NCBI RefSeq assembly: GCF_037042905.1 | Contig: NC_087246.1 | Location: forward strand, 7,070,001 to 7,134,000 | Source: Lytechinus pictus | Taxonomy: Eukaryota | DNA length: 64,000 nucleotides | Direction: 5' to 3' | In this document: positions 51,879 to 64,000 of the stretch, piece by piece | Layout of the letters: the number at the start of each line of letters is the position of its first letter | How positions within the stretch are numbered: the first letter of the stretch is position 1 | Made by a program: the position numbers and the translations under genes | The notes under the pieces: model-generated | Database searches by the model: none | Seen by the model: the letters and a program-made list of their open reading frames with translations, nothing else | Told to the model about the DNA's origin: nothing

Positions 51879-52046
51879 GCCTTGTTTTCTGCAATGATAC
51901 TAAACTGATGCCGAATGGAACATTCCCGCTGACAGCTCTGGCAAGTTATCCAGGTTCTGGTAATACATGGATGAGACATCTTATAGAGACATCAACCGGC
52001 TACGCCTCTGGGAACGTGAAACAAAGCTATATACTCGTCGGAGCAG
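51879..52046 (+). CDS. WSCD: WSCD-family sulfotransferase exon with PAPS-binding 5'-PSB loop
   Basis: TALASYPGSGNTWMRHLIE matches the WSCD1/2 ALxSFPGxGNTWxRHLIE motif; CAG|…G|GTAT boundaries. Confidence 0.9.
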
Positions 52047-52223
52047 GTATATAATGTATGCCCCCCCCCCACATTTCTCTCTCTCTCTTCTCTTCCAAAA
52101 ACTGTTTGTTTCCTGCTAATGTTATTCTTTCTCTTCACCTATTCCTCTCCCGTCTCCCACCTCTTTACATTTCCTTATCCCAATGCATTTGGAGGTATCA
52201 TGGTCATGCTTCGTTCTTTATAA

Positions 52224-52831
52224 AGGACAAGTCCACCCCAACAAAAGGTTGATTTGGAAAAAAAAGAGAAAAATCCAACAAGCAAAACACTGAAAATTTC
52301 ATCAAAATTGGATGTAAAATAAGAAAGTTATGACATTTCAAAGTTTCGCTTAATTTCACAAAACAGTTATATGCACATCCTGGTCGGTATGCAAACTGGC
52401 AGACTGATGACGTCACCCACTCACTATTTCTTTCGTATTTACTATATGAAAAATGAAATATTCTTATTTTCTCCTCCTTGTCAAGTGAAACAAAGTTTTA
52501 TTTCTCCCTGAAAATGTAGAATTACCATTATTTTAACAGTTTATGTTGAAGTTAAGTTGGTCTTTTCGTGTCAAATCTGTAATAATTGAAATATTGTATA
52601 ATTCAAACAATAAAAAACATAAGAAATAGTGAGTGATGGACATCATCGACTCTCTCATTTGCATATTGCTGAGTTGTGAATTTAACTGTTTTGTGAAATA
52701 TAAGCGAAACTTAAAAATGTCATAACTTTCTTATTTTACATCCGATTTCGATGAAATTTGCAGCATGTTTGTTTGATTTTTCTCTATCGACTCAAAGACA
52801 AATCAACAATTTTCTGGGGTTGACTTGACCT
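52224..52831. mobile_element. TTAA-target (Kolobok-like) MITE family A, copy 3
   Basis: AGGACAAGTCCACCCC…GACTTGACCT|TTAA; opposite orientation to copy 2. Confidence 0.85.
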
Positions 52832-53517
52832 TTAACCATTGACCATAGTCACCCTACTACAAACCATTGACCAGCCTTTAACAAAAATTTGACCATCCTG
52901 ACCCGAATTCTAATTCAATCCATAGAAATGTTATGCTTTAAGAGGAATTGGTCAATATGTGTTTGTGGATATGTGTTCGACCGGCAAAATTTGGCTAAAA
53001 TTAGCCGATTTATTAATAAGAATTATGAGAGATATAAAACTCAGGGTAGGGTCATCCAACACGACTCTGAGTTTTATTTCTTTAGTTCTATACTGTTATG
53101 TGGTGAGTATACTGTTTTTGAAATACGTAGTGCATGCGTGATTGCCAGAGGTGTTCTTGTTCCCTTAATAAAGCAAGATAATTTTGAATCATGTACTTAG
53201 ATCCTTTAATCATGCTTATTTCTTTGTTATTATTTACTTCTACATTTTAAGCCAGATAAGACACCAAATTAGATTCTGTAACCATTGGTTCCACAGAACA
53301 CAATTTTATGAGCCTTAATGCAAAAAAAAGTAATAAATAAAAAAGCAATAAAACAATAAATGGCGTCGATCTTGGATTTTGAGTGTCATTTTGAATTTTT
53401 ACGAGTTTTAGTTATTCTTCTTTAATAACTATTATATTCAGAATTATGTATGGACACCGAGATGACCATTATGTTATCTAGGAAAAACGAGGTGACTACC
53501 AGTATCAGAACTCTTAC

Positions 53518-53556
53518 AATCATCACCACCATCATCACTACCATCACCATCACCAC

Positions 53557-53594
<38 letters not shown>

Positions 53595-53664
53595 CCACCA
53601 TCATCATCATCATCATTACTACCACCACCACCACCACCATCATCATCATCACTACCATCACCAC

Positions 53665-53729
<65 letters not shown>

Positions 53730-53998
53730 CCATCATCATTGTCATCATCATCATCACGATCATCATCGATGAGGACCCCTAGGTAGACCAGCAGCACCAT
53801 GGCTGATGCTGCTGAGTAGGGCCATCCTCCCGTTTTTCATTTATCAATTCACATCTATCATCTTATATGTATTGATATTTTTTTTAACGGAAATAAATTC
53901 AATTCAATTCAATCACCATCATCATCATCACCACCACTATCACCATCACTATCATCATCATCGTCATCATCATTATCATCATCATCATCATCATCATT

Positions 53999-54044
<46 letters not shown>

Positions 54045-54048
54045 CCAT
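53518..54048. repeat. (ATC/ACC)n trinucleotide microsatellite in two blocks
   Basis: Directly visible; source of the spurious poly-M/I/D/H ORFs. Confidence 0.95.
53769..53913 (+). mobile_element. LINE 3'-end remnant inserted in an (ATC)n microsatellite
   Basis: GAGGA…TCCTC stem-loop followed by AAATAAA and an (ATTCA)n tail. Confidence 0.55.
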
Positions 54049-54119
54049 GCCCCACCATAATAATTACCATTATTATCATTCTAATTTGGTACTTAATTTT
54101 CTACTTTTTTCTTTGACAG

Positions 54120-54308
54120 GTTTTAAAGGTGAAAGGGTCCCAAACTTCGCCGGTAGAACTCTGACAATCAAGACACATACTTTCCATTCGAGAATGGACA
54201 GTGCTATTTTACTTGTACGTAATCCATACAGAGCAATGGTGGCCGAATTTAATAGACAGAAAGCAGGAAAGACTGGACATGCCGAGGACAACATTTTCAG
54301 GACAGAAG
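54120..54308 (+). CDS. WSCD: WSCD-family sulfotransferase exon (GFKGE…KTH…AILLVRNPYRAMVAEFNR)
   Basis: GFKGE, KTH and LLxRNPY..xAEFNR motifs; canonical splice sites; phase 1/1. Confidence 0.92.
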
Positions 54309-55245
54309 GTAAATTCATCTTACTTCGATCATTACTTTGACAATAACTATAATAGTAACATGTGGGTATTACAACTGCTGCATGTAAATTGTAGTGCAGT
54401 TGAATGTGACCATAATTAATAAACCGGTCCATGCTTCCAAAGTTCCGATATCATTGTTATTTCGATAATAGGAGAAAAAACATAATGTGATGAAGAAATA
54501 AAACAAGATGCTAGTATACCTGTGTCATATTATTACTGCCCCGTGGAAAACCACAAATCCCTGATAATTAAGTAGTGCCTATATGGCTTATGGGAAAGTT
54601 TTTCCACAATATGTCATAAAATTTACTATAGTTGCCAATTTAAAATTTACATAGATTTAATTTTAAGACAGCTATAACTTTCTTATTGCTTGTCCGATTT
54701 CTTTCTATTTATCATCATTCCGTTTTACTTTTACTTTTTTCCTCTCTCATGTAAAATCTTAATCCCAAGGTAGGACTAAATTTGCGGTTGGCGCACTAGA
54801 CCCAATAATATGTTTGAAACCATGTTTGTATGAGGGACAATGAAAAGTAGAGCCCCAAATCCAAAGTCCTTGTTTATAATGGTTTTGCAGGTTTTTTTTT
54901 TAATAATGAGAGATTAAGAAAATTAAAAAATGAAGCAAATGTCGTACCGTCTCAGCGTGTAGTGACCTACCGACCGAGAAAATTTTCGAATTTGAATAAT
55001 ATACTTCTATTATTTAGAGCACTTGATAACATAAAGGGAATACTTCATTATTGAATATAGTACCTACATAATAATTTTTTTTTTTTTCTTTTTTGGTCGA
55101 AAATTTGGGGAGCTTTTTTTTTTTTTGGGGGGGGGGGGCTTGCAGTCCCCTAAGCCTCCCGTAAAACCGTAAATATTATGTAGAGCTTATTAAATGTTTT
55201 GCCAAATTATTAATCCACTTCTTCTCCTTCGTTTACTTATTTCAG

Positions 55246-55346
55246 ATTGGAGGAGGTATGTGAAGAATCAATCTCAAACATGGTTTAAGCTCTACGAAAA
55301 ATACATCTCAGAATGCAACCGTTTGGGCCACACCTGCAAGTCTATG
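55246..55346 (+). CDS. WSCD: WSCD-family sulfotransferase last exon, 5' part (DWRRYVKNQSQTW…CKSM)
   Basis: TTTCAG| acceptor, in phase; interrupted by the MITE at 55346. Confidence 0.8.
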
Positions 55347-55866
55347 GCTGCGTTTATCCGACCTCAAGCCAGAATCGTGATTTGAATCATGATTGGAATC
55401 ATGATTCAAATCACAAACATGAATCACAATTACTACAGAATCAGGGTTTAGACGACCTTCGTTCCAACGCTGTTTCTCCTCGGATTCGGACCGATCCAGT
55501 GCGCATCACAGTGCGCAGTTTGACCCAGGAAGTATAGGTCAACGTTGGACACTTAATTGGAGGTCGGCGACGTATATGTGATGTGACAACGTGGGGCGCG
55601 CGCCTTGGCAAGAACCGGAAATAGCTCGACACAATGACGTCATATAATCATGATTCAAATCACGATATCGTTTATCCGAACATTTTCGTACGTGATTCTG
55701 CAGAAACGTCTTTCCAAACGCCCTTTTTTTCGTAGTTCATGTTTGTGATTCTAATCATGATTATATTCAATTTCGACTAAACGCAATCGTGATTCTGCAG
55801 AATCGTGATTTGAATCATGATTGGAATCATGATTATAGGGTAAAAAAGTGGCGGATAAACGCACCC
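55346..55866. mobile_element. MITE (PIF/Harbinger-like termini) inserted in a coding exon
   Basis: TIRs GGCTGCGTTTATCCG / CGGATAAACGCACCC; subterminal AATCGTGATTTGAATCATGATT repeats; imperfect 3-nt flanks TAT/TTA. Confidence 0.85.
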
Positions 55867-55870
55867 TTAG

Positions 55871-56152
55871 TTAATCGTGTACTATGAACAACTCCAACTA
55901 CACCTTAAGGATGAACTGCGACGAATCCTGAATTATCTTGGTGTAATGATTGATGAAGAAAGACTTACATGTACAGTGAGAAATTCAGAGGGACAGTTTC
56001 ACAGACCAAAGTCAAATAAAACATTAGATCCGTTTTTCGAGGAAGACAGGAGATTCGTAGAGGAATCTTTGAAAAAATATATTGAGTTGATTGAACAGGA
56101 AGGCTTGGAGAAACCACCATTATCCCTAAGCGCATTTCCGACAGATCTATAG
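55871..56152 (+). CDS. WSCD: WSCD-family sulfotransferase last exon, 3' part (LIVYYEQL…ERLTCTVRNSEGQFHR…DPF…stop)
   Basis: YEQL, RLxC…EGxFHR and DPF motifs of the WSCD C-terminus; in frame with the 5' part once the insertion is removed. Confidence 0.85.
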   Translation, partial: LIVYYEQLQLHLKDELRRILNYLGVMIDEERLTCTVRNSEGQFHRPKSNKTLDPFFEEDRRFVEESLKKYIELIEQEGLEKPPLSLSAFPTDL

Positions 56153-56336
56153 ATAATGATCCATCAATTAATTACTAACATTTTGTCATTATAAGGAGAT
56201 GAAGACTATAGGGGTTGGTAGTTTCTCACCAAGGGAGGGGAGGGGATACGGGGTTCACTGCCCCCCCCACAAGATCTAGTATTGTACACATCGAAGAAAG
56301 GTGCTCATGAGCAAGATTGATATCAGTTACTCTAAT

Positions 56337-57745
56337 CAGTGGCGTACCGTGGGTCACGGCCTTGGGGGGCACCAGCAAAATTTGTTTAGTCACTTAGTGA
56401 GCGCGCGAAGCGCGCTTAGTTGCCAGGTATACTGGCCTAATAGAGACATTTTAAGGACAGTGCCATTAAACGGATATGTATCTCACTGATCAAATAATCC
56501 GAGCGCGAAAAATTTTGATATTCAGACCTAGAAAGGGACATTAAAATAAAAATGTTGTTATCATGTTACGTACCTGTCTCGCTAAACAAACAATACGAGC
56601 GCGAAGCACAAGCTGGCATTTTTGTATATATTGACCCCAAACAGGGACATTTTAAGGACTATATTTTAGGAATCAATTAAGAGTATACATAACTCACCAT
56701 ATTCATCTGATGCAAGTGCCAAACGCTTGCTGATTTTGTTAGAATTATATCTAAACAAAGGAAGCACTTGTAGTCATTGTAATCATGATTAACATACGCA
56801 TCTCACTAATCAAACATTGCGAGCGCGAAGCGCGAGCTGAAAATATAGGAAATTCAGACCTGAAGAGGGGCATTCTAAGGCTTGTTTGAAGGAATTCACT
56901 AAGACCATATGTATTTCACTAACCAAATGTTGCGAGCGCGAAGTGCGAGCTGAATTTTTTTTGATATTCAGATCAGAAAAAAAGGATATTTTAAGGACTC
57001 TTTTTAAGGAATCCATTAAGAGTATGCATATCTCACCATAGTCATCTAATGCGAGTGCCAATCGCATGCTGATTTGGTTAGAATAACATCTAAACACATG
57101 AAGTACTTTTTGTAGTCATTGTAATCATGATTATTATACACATCTAACTAATCAAATATTGCGAGTGCGAAGCGCAAGCTGAAAGTATAGGAAATTCAAA
57201 CCTGAAGAGGGGCATTCTAAGGCTTGTTTGTAGGAATTCACTAAGACCATACTATTTCAAATTGTTGATATATAGATCAGAAAAGGGACATTTTAAGGAC
57301 TGATTTTAGGAATTCATGAAGAGCAGACATATCTCACCAATCATTTAATGCGAACGTAAGCACGGGCAGGAAATGTTTTATATTAAGACCTTAAAATGGG
57401 GCGATCACTGTAAGTAGTCATGAAAAATATGTCACTACATAAAACAATAATAGCTCGAAGTGAGAGGAAATATATTTGGTGTATATTGAACTGATTTGAC
57501 AACGTCACGTCTCTCAAATATACTTGAAAACTATAGTATTTCGAAAAATATTTGATCTGTTATATCTAGTTAAACAGACAATGCGAGCACCAGGAACAAT
57601 GAAGACATAGGCCCTGAGCAAATTATGTTTCATTAAGTTATGATTTTTTTTAATGTAATATACAGTAACATAACATAATGATAATGTAATATAACATTAT
57701 AATGAACAATAATTTCTTCTTTTCCCACTTCGCTTTTCTTCCTTT
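56337..57745. mobile_element. Same hAT-like MITE family as 42181, with an internal duplication and the right end lost
   Basis: Starts CAGTGGCGTACCGTGGG; colinear with 42181-43220. Confidence 0.8.
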
Positions 57746-58199
57746 GTGTGGTGTATTGTATTTCAATAGAAATTGTGGTTGTGTTTGTTTTTAATATTGT
57801 TAAAAGTGAAACTTGGATAAGGATCAACATCATGAAATCGTATATTCAATGTATCATGGTCAATAAACTACGTTTATGTTGGAGTATAGTTTTTATATTG
57901 TATTTTTTTGAGCAGTCACCCTGGGGAAATATCTGGAGCCCATTTCATAAAACTTATTTCATGATAAGAATTCACAATAACACTTACTATAAAATTATAC
58001 TAAAATAATTCGGTTTGATTGGCTGATAATGAACATGTTATAGAAAGTGTGCATAATGAAACGGGACCCAAAATATCTCGCTTTTCAAGATCGCAAATAA
58101 TTTTGTGTGAATAGAATGACTATGAAAGTCTTATAGACAGCGAACGTAATATCGGCTTGTATCATCACATCGTAATATCGGGTTATCGCGTCTGGTTGG

Positions 58200-61100
58200 G
58201 CAATCGTTTATCTGTTAATTGCAGTTTTCTTTCTTTGAATGTGAAAGGTTTAAGAGATAAGTTAAAAAGAGAAAGAATTTTTACTTGGTTGAAGGATAAG
58301 AAAGCAGACGTAGTTTTCTTGCAAGAAACTTTTAGTACAAGGGAAGTCGAAGAAGCATGGGGTTCTGGGTGGAATGGAAACGTATACTATAGTCATGGTA
58401 CATGTCATAGTCGGGGGGTCAGTGTACTAATCAACTCCAAGTTAGGCATCCAGATTCTGGACACAAAGACCGACGAAAACGGAAGGTTTATAGTTATGGA
58501 ATGCAATTTACAAGATATAAAGTTAGTTTTAGTTAATGTGTACTTCCCTGTTCAAGGTCATAACATGGAGCGAAACACAGTCTTACACAATTTGAATATA
58601 GTTTTAAAAGAAAAATATGATCGAGGTGTTCCTCTTATTATAGGGGGAGATTTTAATTTAGTAAGGAATATTGACTTAGACTACATGGGAAATAATACAA
58701 GACAGTTTCAGTCTTCTTTTCAGAAGAACTTTGATAATTTTGTGTGTGATTTAAATTTAGTTGATATTTGGAGGGAAATTAATGGCGTTAAGAGACAGTA
58801 TACTTTTAAACAAACTTACCCCTTTATGCAAAGCAGGTTAGATTATTAGTTTATTACAGAAAGTTTTAGAGAATATGTTTTAACATGTGATATAATCCCG
58901 TCTATAGCGCCAGATCACTTGGCGGTTGTATTTCAACTCTTTAATAAACCCTCTCAGTCAATTCAAACATCTAAAGGCACTTATTGGAAATTTAACAATA
59001 GTCTGTGTACTGACGGTGATTTTACTCGACAAATGAAAGACGAAATTATCAATTTGAAAGAAACTTTTAAAGAAGAAATCAAAGATAAGATAATTTTTTG
59101 GGATTTCTTGAAAATGAAAATCAGCAATTTTTCTCGGAAATATTCAAAGGAAAAGGCTAAAAAACGAAGAGAGAAAATCAAAGATTTAGAAAAAAGAAAT
59201 TGATGGTATTCAAACGAGATTAATTACAAATATGAATAAACAATCAATCGATTTATTAGAGAATAAAAAGACAGAATTAAAGGCATGTTATGATTATGTG
59301 AGCGAAGGTCTTAAAATTAGATCGAGAGCTTCTTTTTATGAAAGTGGGGAAAGGGATACCAGGTATACTTTATTGAGTTAATGGAACCCAACAAAAAGAA
59401 AACAAATATACGTAAATTATCAATAAGAGATAGAATAACTTTTGATCAAAAGGAAATAAAAAATGAGATAAGGAATTTTTATAGCATGTTTTATGCAAAG
59501 AGAGATGATAAAATCCTTGATGATGATTTTTTTCTCCGATGTAACAAAATTTTGCCTCCGACGAAGATTCTGCTAGGATCGAAAGCTTAGGCCCCTTTTT
59601 GACTTTATATTTTACTCCATTGGCTCTCTTTTATTAGATAAGCAGTTTTCAGCAGCTTCTTTTTGCCATGTAACAAAATTATCAGACGAATCGATGAAAT
59701 CATGTGAAGGGAAAATTACGGAAGGTGAATGTTTAGCTGCCGGATGAAGTTAAATAAATCACCGGGTAATGACGGGCTTAGCGTAGAATTTAATTTAGTG
59801 TTCTGGCCGCTGATTGGGGATGTTTTAGTTGATGCTTTAAATAATGCTTTTATAAGAGGAGAACTTTCGCCATCACAAAGACAAGCAACTATTACTTTAA
59901 TTCATAAAGAAGGAAAGGATCCATTATATATTAAAACTTATCGGCCCATCTCACTGTTATATGTAGACTACAAGATTTCGGCGAAGGTATCAACAAGAAT
60001 AAAGGAGGTGTTGCATGAAATAATCAATGTCGACCAACTGAAGTAGGATATTTAAAAGGAAGGAATATTGAGGAAGCTATTAGACTTATAGATGACATGA
60101 TTTTCACTCAGTAAAAAATGATATATCGGCATATTTATTGGTCATTGATTTTGAAAAGGCATTTGATTCGGTTTCACATTGTTTTTTATTTAAAGTATTG
60201 CAAACTTTTGGTTTTTGGACCCTCATTTTGTAAATGGATAAGTACTTTGTATAAAAAAGCTGAAAGTTGTGTTTTTAATGGCAGAATTTCAACAGGTTAC
60301 TTTGATATAGGGAGAGGGGTAAGACAAGGAGATCCGTTATCCCCCTATCTCTTTATTTTATGTATTGAAATTTTGGCTAACAGAATAAGACTTGATCCAG
60401 AAATTCACGGAATTAAGTTTGGAAATACAGAAGTTAAGCAAATTCTATACGCAGATGATATGACAATTTTTGTAAAAGACACTCAGTCCATTGAAAAGTT
60501 AGATATGCTGTTCGAATGTTTTGCCGAAACGTCAGGTTTGAGGATGAATAAAGATAAAACCTTTATTATGTTACTGGGACACCATGAACAAATATATCAA
60601 ATTTTACCTTTTGGTAAAGTGGAGCAGATCGTTAGGATCTTAGGTATATATTTTTCATTAGATAGAGAAATCAAATAAGAATAAATTACACAAAATTACA
60701 AAAAATTACAAAAAATTATAAAAAATAAAGAAAATTTTGATGTGGTGGAAGCAAAGGGATTTGACATTAATGGGCAAAATTCAGTTAATTAAAACATTTG
60801 TACTATCTAAATTGATATACATTTCTTCTCTTACCATTATCCCGACATGGGTAATAAAGGATCTTAATACATTGATCTTTGGATTTTTATGGGGTGGTAA
60901 AGATAAAATTAAAAGAGACATTGTTTATTTAGATTATGATCATGCTGGTCTAAAAATGACAGATTTTCAGTTATTCATTAAGACACAAAGAATTATGTGG
61001 ATTAAAAGACTTATAATGGGAGAGCCAAAAATGAAATGGAAACAATATTTCAGATACTTAGCACACGGTATGGGAGGATTGCTAATTTTTTTTAGTAACC

Positions 61101-62892
61101 TCACAATGAATTTGATAGGATTTGAACTGCCGGAATTTTATACAGAAATGTTAGATGTATGGTTTAATAAGAAAATGTTTTTACTTAAAGAAGAGAAGAA
61201 TAAAAGAAATGAGATAATTTTCAATAATAGGTTCATCCGTTTGAAAGGACAAACATATTATAATGAAAAGCTGTTTTTGAAGAAAATTTATAAACTCCAT
61301 CATATTGTAGATAAAGATGGGAAAATGAAGTCTATTTCGACCTTTCAAAAAATGGGTTTGGATCGTTTTGAAATAGAAAAGATACTCGAAATCTTTAATA
61401 ATATTCCATACTTTTGGAAGGACTCGCTGAAAAAAGAGGGTCAAAGTTCCATAGATAGAGAGTTAATTTTGGATTTTCAATTAAAGGGCAGGATTTTTGA
61501 CTTGCAAGACATCACATCAAAAAGAATATGTGATACTCTTGTAAGTATGAAATCGGATATACCCCAAGCATTTAAAAAGCTTGAGGAAAAATATAATATA
61601 ACAAAAAACGATATTTCTGATATTTTTCTAAGACCACGAAAATCGACTCTGAATAGTAGACTCAGAGAATTTCAATATAAAATATTACACAATATACTAT
61701 ACACAAAAATATTTATATTTATTTAAAATGACAACAGATGATTTATGTTCATTCTGCAGTAAAGAAGAAGAAACATATGATCATATATTTTTTTCATGTG
61801 ATAAGATAAAAACTATATGGAAAGAATGTGGGAACATGCTTCAACTCCCTATCATTACAAATATAGATAAAAAAATGTGTACACGTAGGTGTGGAATGTT
61901 CAACTAAAGGAGAGGCTCAATTATTAAATCACATAATAATCCTAATAAAGTATATGATTTTAAAGAATAGTAGAAACACAAAAGATCCACCGACCCTTAA
62001 CCATATTAAGGAAAAAATACAAGAAGATAGACTAGAAGAAAGAAAACTAACTGAACAGAGAGGTCTATTAACAAACCATTTCAGAAAATGGGACAAGTTT
62101 ATTTTCTAGAGATGCTGGGGCTTAGAAAGTTCAAGCATACAGTTGTTAAACACTCTAAATGCGAGGGAGATGGTCTGGTCCCTATTGTTGCACTCCTCTT
62201 GGAGTGGGTCGGGGCAGTCTTTTTGGGGTGGGCTTTGTATCCTTTTGGTGCATTGTGGTTACTTCTGGAGTGAAAATTTAAAAAAAAATCATATATAAAA
62301 TAAATATACGCTGTTCGCTCCAGAGGGAGCTATGGTGCGCTCTCTGGTAGTGTCCCTGTACAGGGACACTACTCTCTGGGATGTAGATCCCGCTTCTAAG
62401 GTGACTGGTCTCTTTATCTATCTCTGGGAGGGGTGTGATTGGGGGCCAGAGTGTCTCTTTGCATTTGGAGTGAGGATTTAGGTGCACAAGTTAGATCATG
62501 GTTGCGGCACAGAATGCAGATCGAAATGGAGGGTAGCTAGGTTGAGGGGAGGGAAGCAGGCCGCGCTTCCTGGGCTGGGCTTAATGGGATATGGAGGGGG
62601 GGGGGGGCAGTGGGATGGGAGGGATTTTTACTTCTTTACTCATTCAGTTCAACTGCGTTGCTATACATTTTTTTTTGTTATGTCTGTATTTTTTTCTTTC
62701 TACAGACTAAGTATTTACTTTGTTCTAGATGACTCGAATGTTATATTCTGTATTTTTTGTATGTATAATTTTTTGTATTATGAATAATTTTTATTTGACT
62801 TTGTGAACAGTGTTTTGTTGATATTATATTACTTGTATGATTTTGAACTGAATGATTTTAATAAATACTATTACAGAAAAAATATAAAAAAA
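58200..62892 (+). mobile_element. Decayed L1/Tx1-type LINE (ORF2 + 3' UTR), ORF1 absent
   Basis: APE domain (SLNVKGL, LQET, GGDFN, SRLDY, PDH), RT (KSPGNDG, YRPISL, DFEKAFD, GVRQGDPLSP, YADD) and a C-terminal CSFC…HIFFSC; several stops and frameshifts; A-rich end. Confidence 0.92.
59552..59667 (+). mobile_element. 116-bp PLE terminal-repeat fragment carrying the same hammerhead (59554-59592), inserted in LINE ORF2
   Basis: 59549-59609 is identical to the reverse complement of 45613-45673; 13-bp TSD ATGTAACAAAATT at 59539-59551 and 59668-59680. Confidence 0.88.
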
Positions 62893-63351
62893 ATCGCGAA
62901 ACCGAACCATTCGAGAAAAGGGCCCCCTAAATTCCCGATGATTTGGATCCAGTTTACCCGACCCTTTGTTTTTGGCTTACAATCTTCACAAAACTTCCGT
63001 TAAATTTGACCAAAACATTCATATATTTGATTGAAATTTTCACAAAGCGTCGAGTAAACTGGACCCGACCTTTCGCCAAAATGAAACTGGTTTTGGATCT
63101 GGCAACAACTCCCTCAAATTTCAATATAAAAATCAAATTTCAAACAACTATAATGAAGTTTCAAGCAACTCGGGTTGTGTTACGCTTTACCTGGAGAGGG
63201 CGCTAAGTATGGCAACTTTTTCATACTCACAGATTATTTATACCTGTGATAGTATATTACAGATGCCTTTCCACTGACAAGAAAGATGCCGCATCTAGGC
63301 CTATTGTCGGCTCATTATAGAAGTAGTTGCATTCAAACGTAGCTCAAATTA

Positions 63352-63981
63352 CCGGGTCAGGCGGGGGGGTGACACTTCAATTGACGAGTGTTTTTTTTAT
63401 TTTTTATGTCACGGAGGTCGGTCGTCGGTTTTACCTTTACTTACATCATTGGGTTTAGTACAGCCCCACCCATGGGCGGAAATTCCAGGAGGGACAGGGG
63501 GGACGTGTCCCCCTACTTAAAATAGTAGGGGGGACACAATATCAAATGTCCCCCCTACTTTTTGTGGTCTTTTATGATGTTAAGAAATGCATCATTAAAA
63601 AATCGATATAAAACATGTATTTTAGGACGAGATGACCTTACTCTTACTTTTGGGATGACAACTTGTTTTTTTTTTTTTTTTTTTTTTTTTGCTTGTCAAA
63701 TTTATTTTCGTCGAAATGACCTTAAATTTGGGGTGATAACCATTTTTTTTTGCTTGTCAAATTTTCCAGCCCATTGTCCCCCCTATACCTTTTAAATTTG
63801 ACCCTAAACACGTAGCTTTCCTAGCGAAAATAGATACTTTTTTCATTATTTTAGTGTTTTTGACACCATTATTACGTTACGTACGTAACGTGCCCTATTT
63901 TGAAAAAGACAACCCTTTTACGTGTTTGTTTGGTCGCGCCTGCTATCCACTTGTCAGTGTAAGTGACCCCCCCCCCCCCGG
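63352..63981. mobile_element. MITE with poly-G/poly-C TIRs, containing a nested hAT-like fragment from about 63471
   Basis: GGGGGGTGACACTTCAATTGACGAGTG mirrored by CACTTGTCAGTGTAAGTGACCCCCCC. Confidence 0.55.
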
Positions 63982-64000
63982 GAGGGGGGGGGGGGTCGGG

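Noticed and set aside
53422..54060. Poly-M/I/D/H ORFs
   Set aside because: Translations of the (ATC)n microsatellite inside an intron.

Overview
AT-rich, intron-rich animal genomic DNA; an echinoid/marine invertebrate origin is inferred from the repeat content, not shown. Two genes lie head to head. On the minus strand is PISD (phosphatidylserine decarboxylase proenzyme): seven phase-consistent coding exons from 38403 down to 96, with the 3' end running off the window. On the plus strand is a WSCD-family type II membrane sulfotransferase (about 50047-56152) with an apparent 1-nt frameshift and a MITE inside its last exon. The 27.5-kb PISD intron (5470-32938) holds five concentric layers of inverted-repeat elements. 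Mobile DNA includes an intact Penelope-like element (RT + GIY-YIG) with a hammerhead ribozyme, a 116-bp TSD-flanked copy of that ribozyme inside a decayed L1/Tx1 LINE, a second hammerhead family, and many MITEs (TTAA/Kolobok-like, hAT-like, pogo-like, Foldback-like, Helentron-like). The most unusual signals are a divergent pair of 72-nt tRNA-like cloverleafs with a UCA anticodon in a retrozyme-like unit, a degenerate duplication of the PISD/plus-strand bidirectional promoter module, and a MITE insertion whose GC..AG removal would exactly restore the sulfotransferase frame. All calls were made by eye with no database searches.
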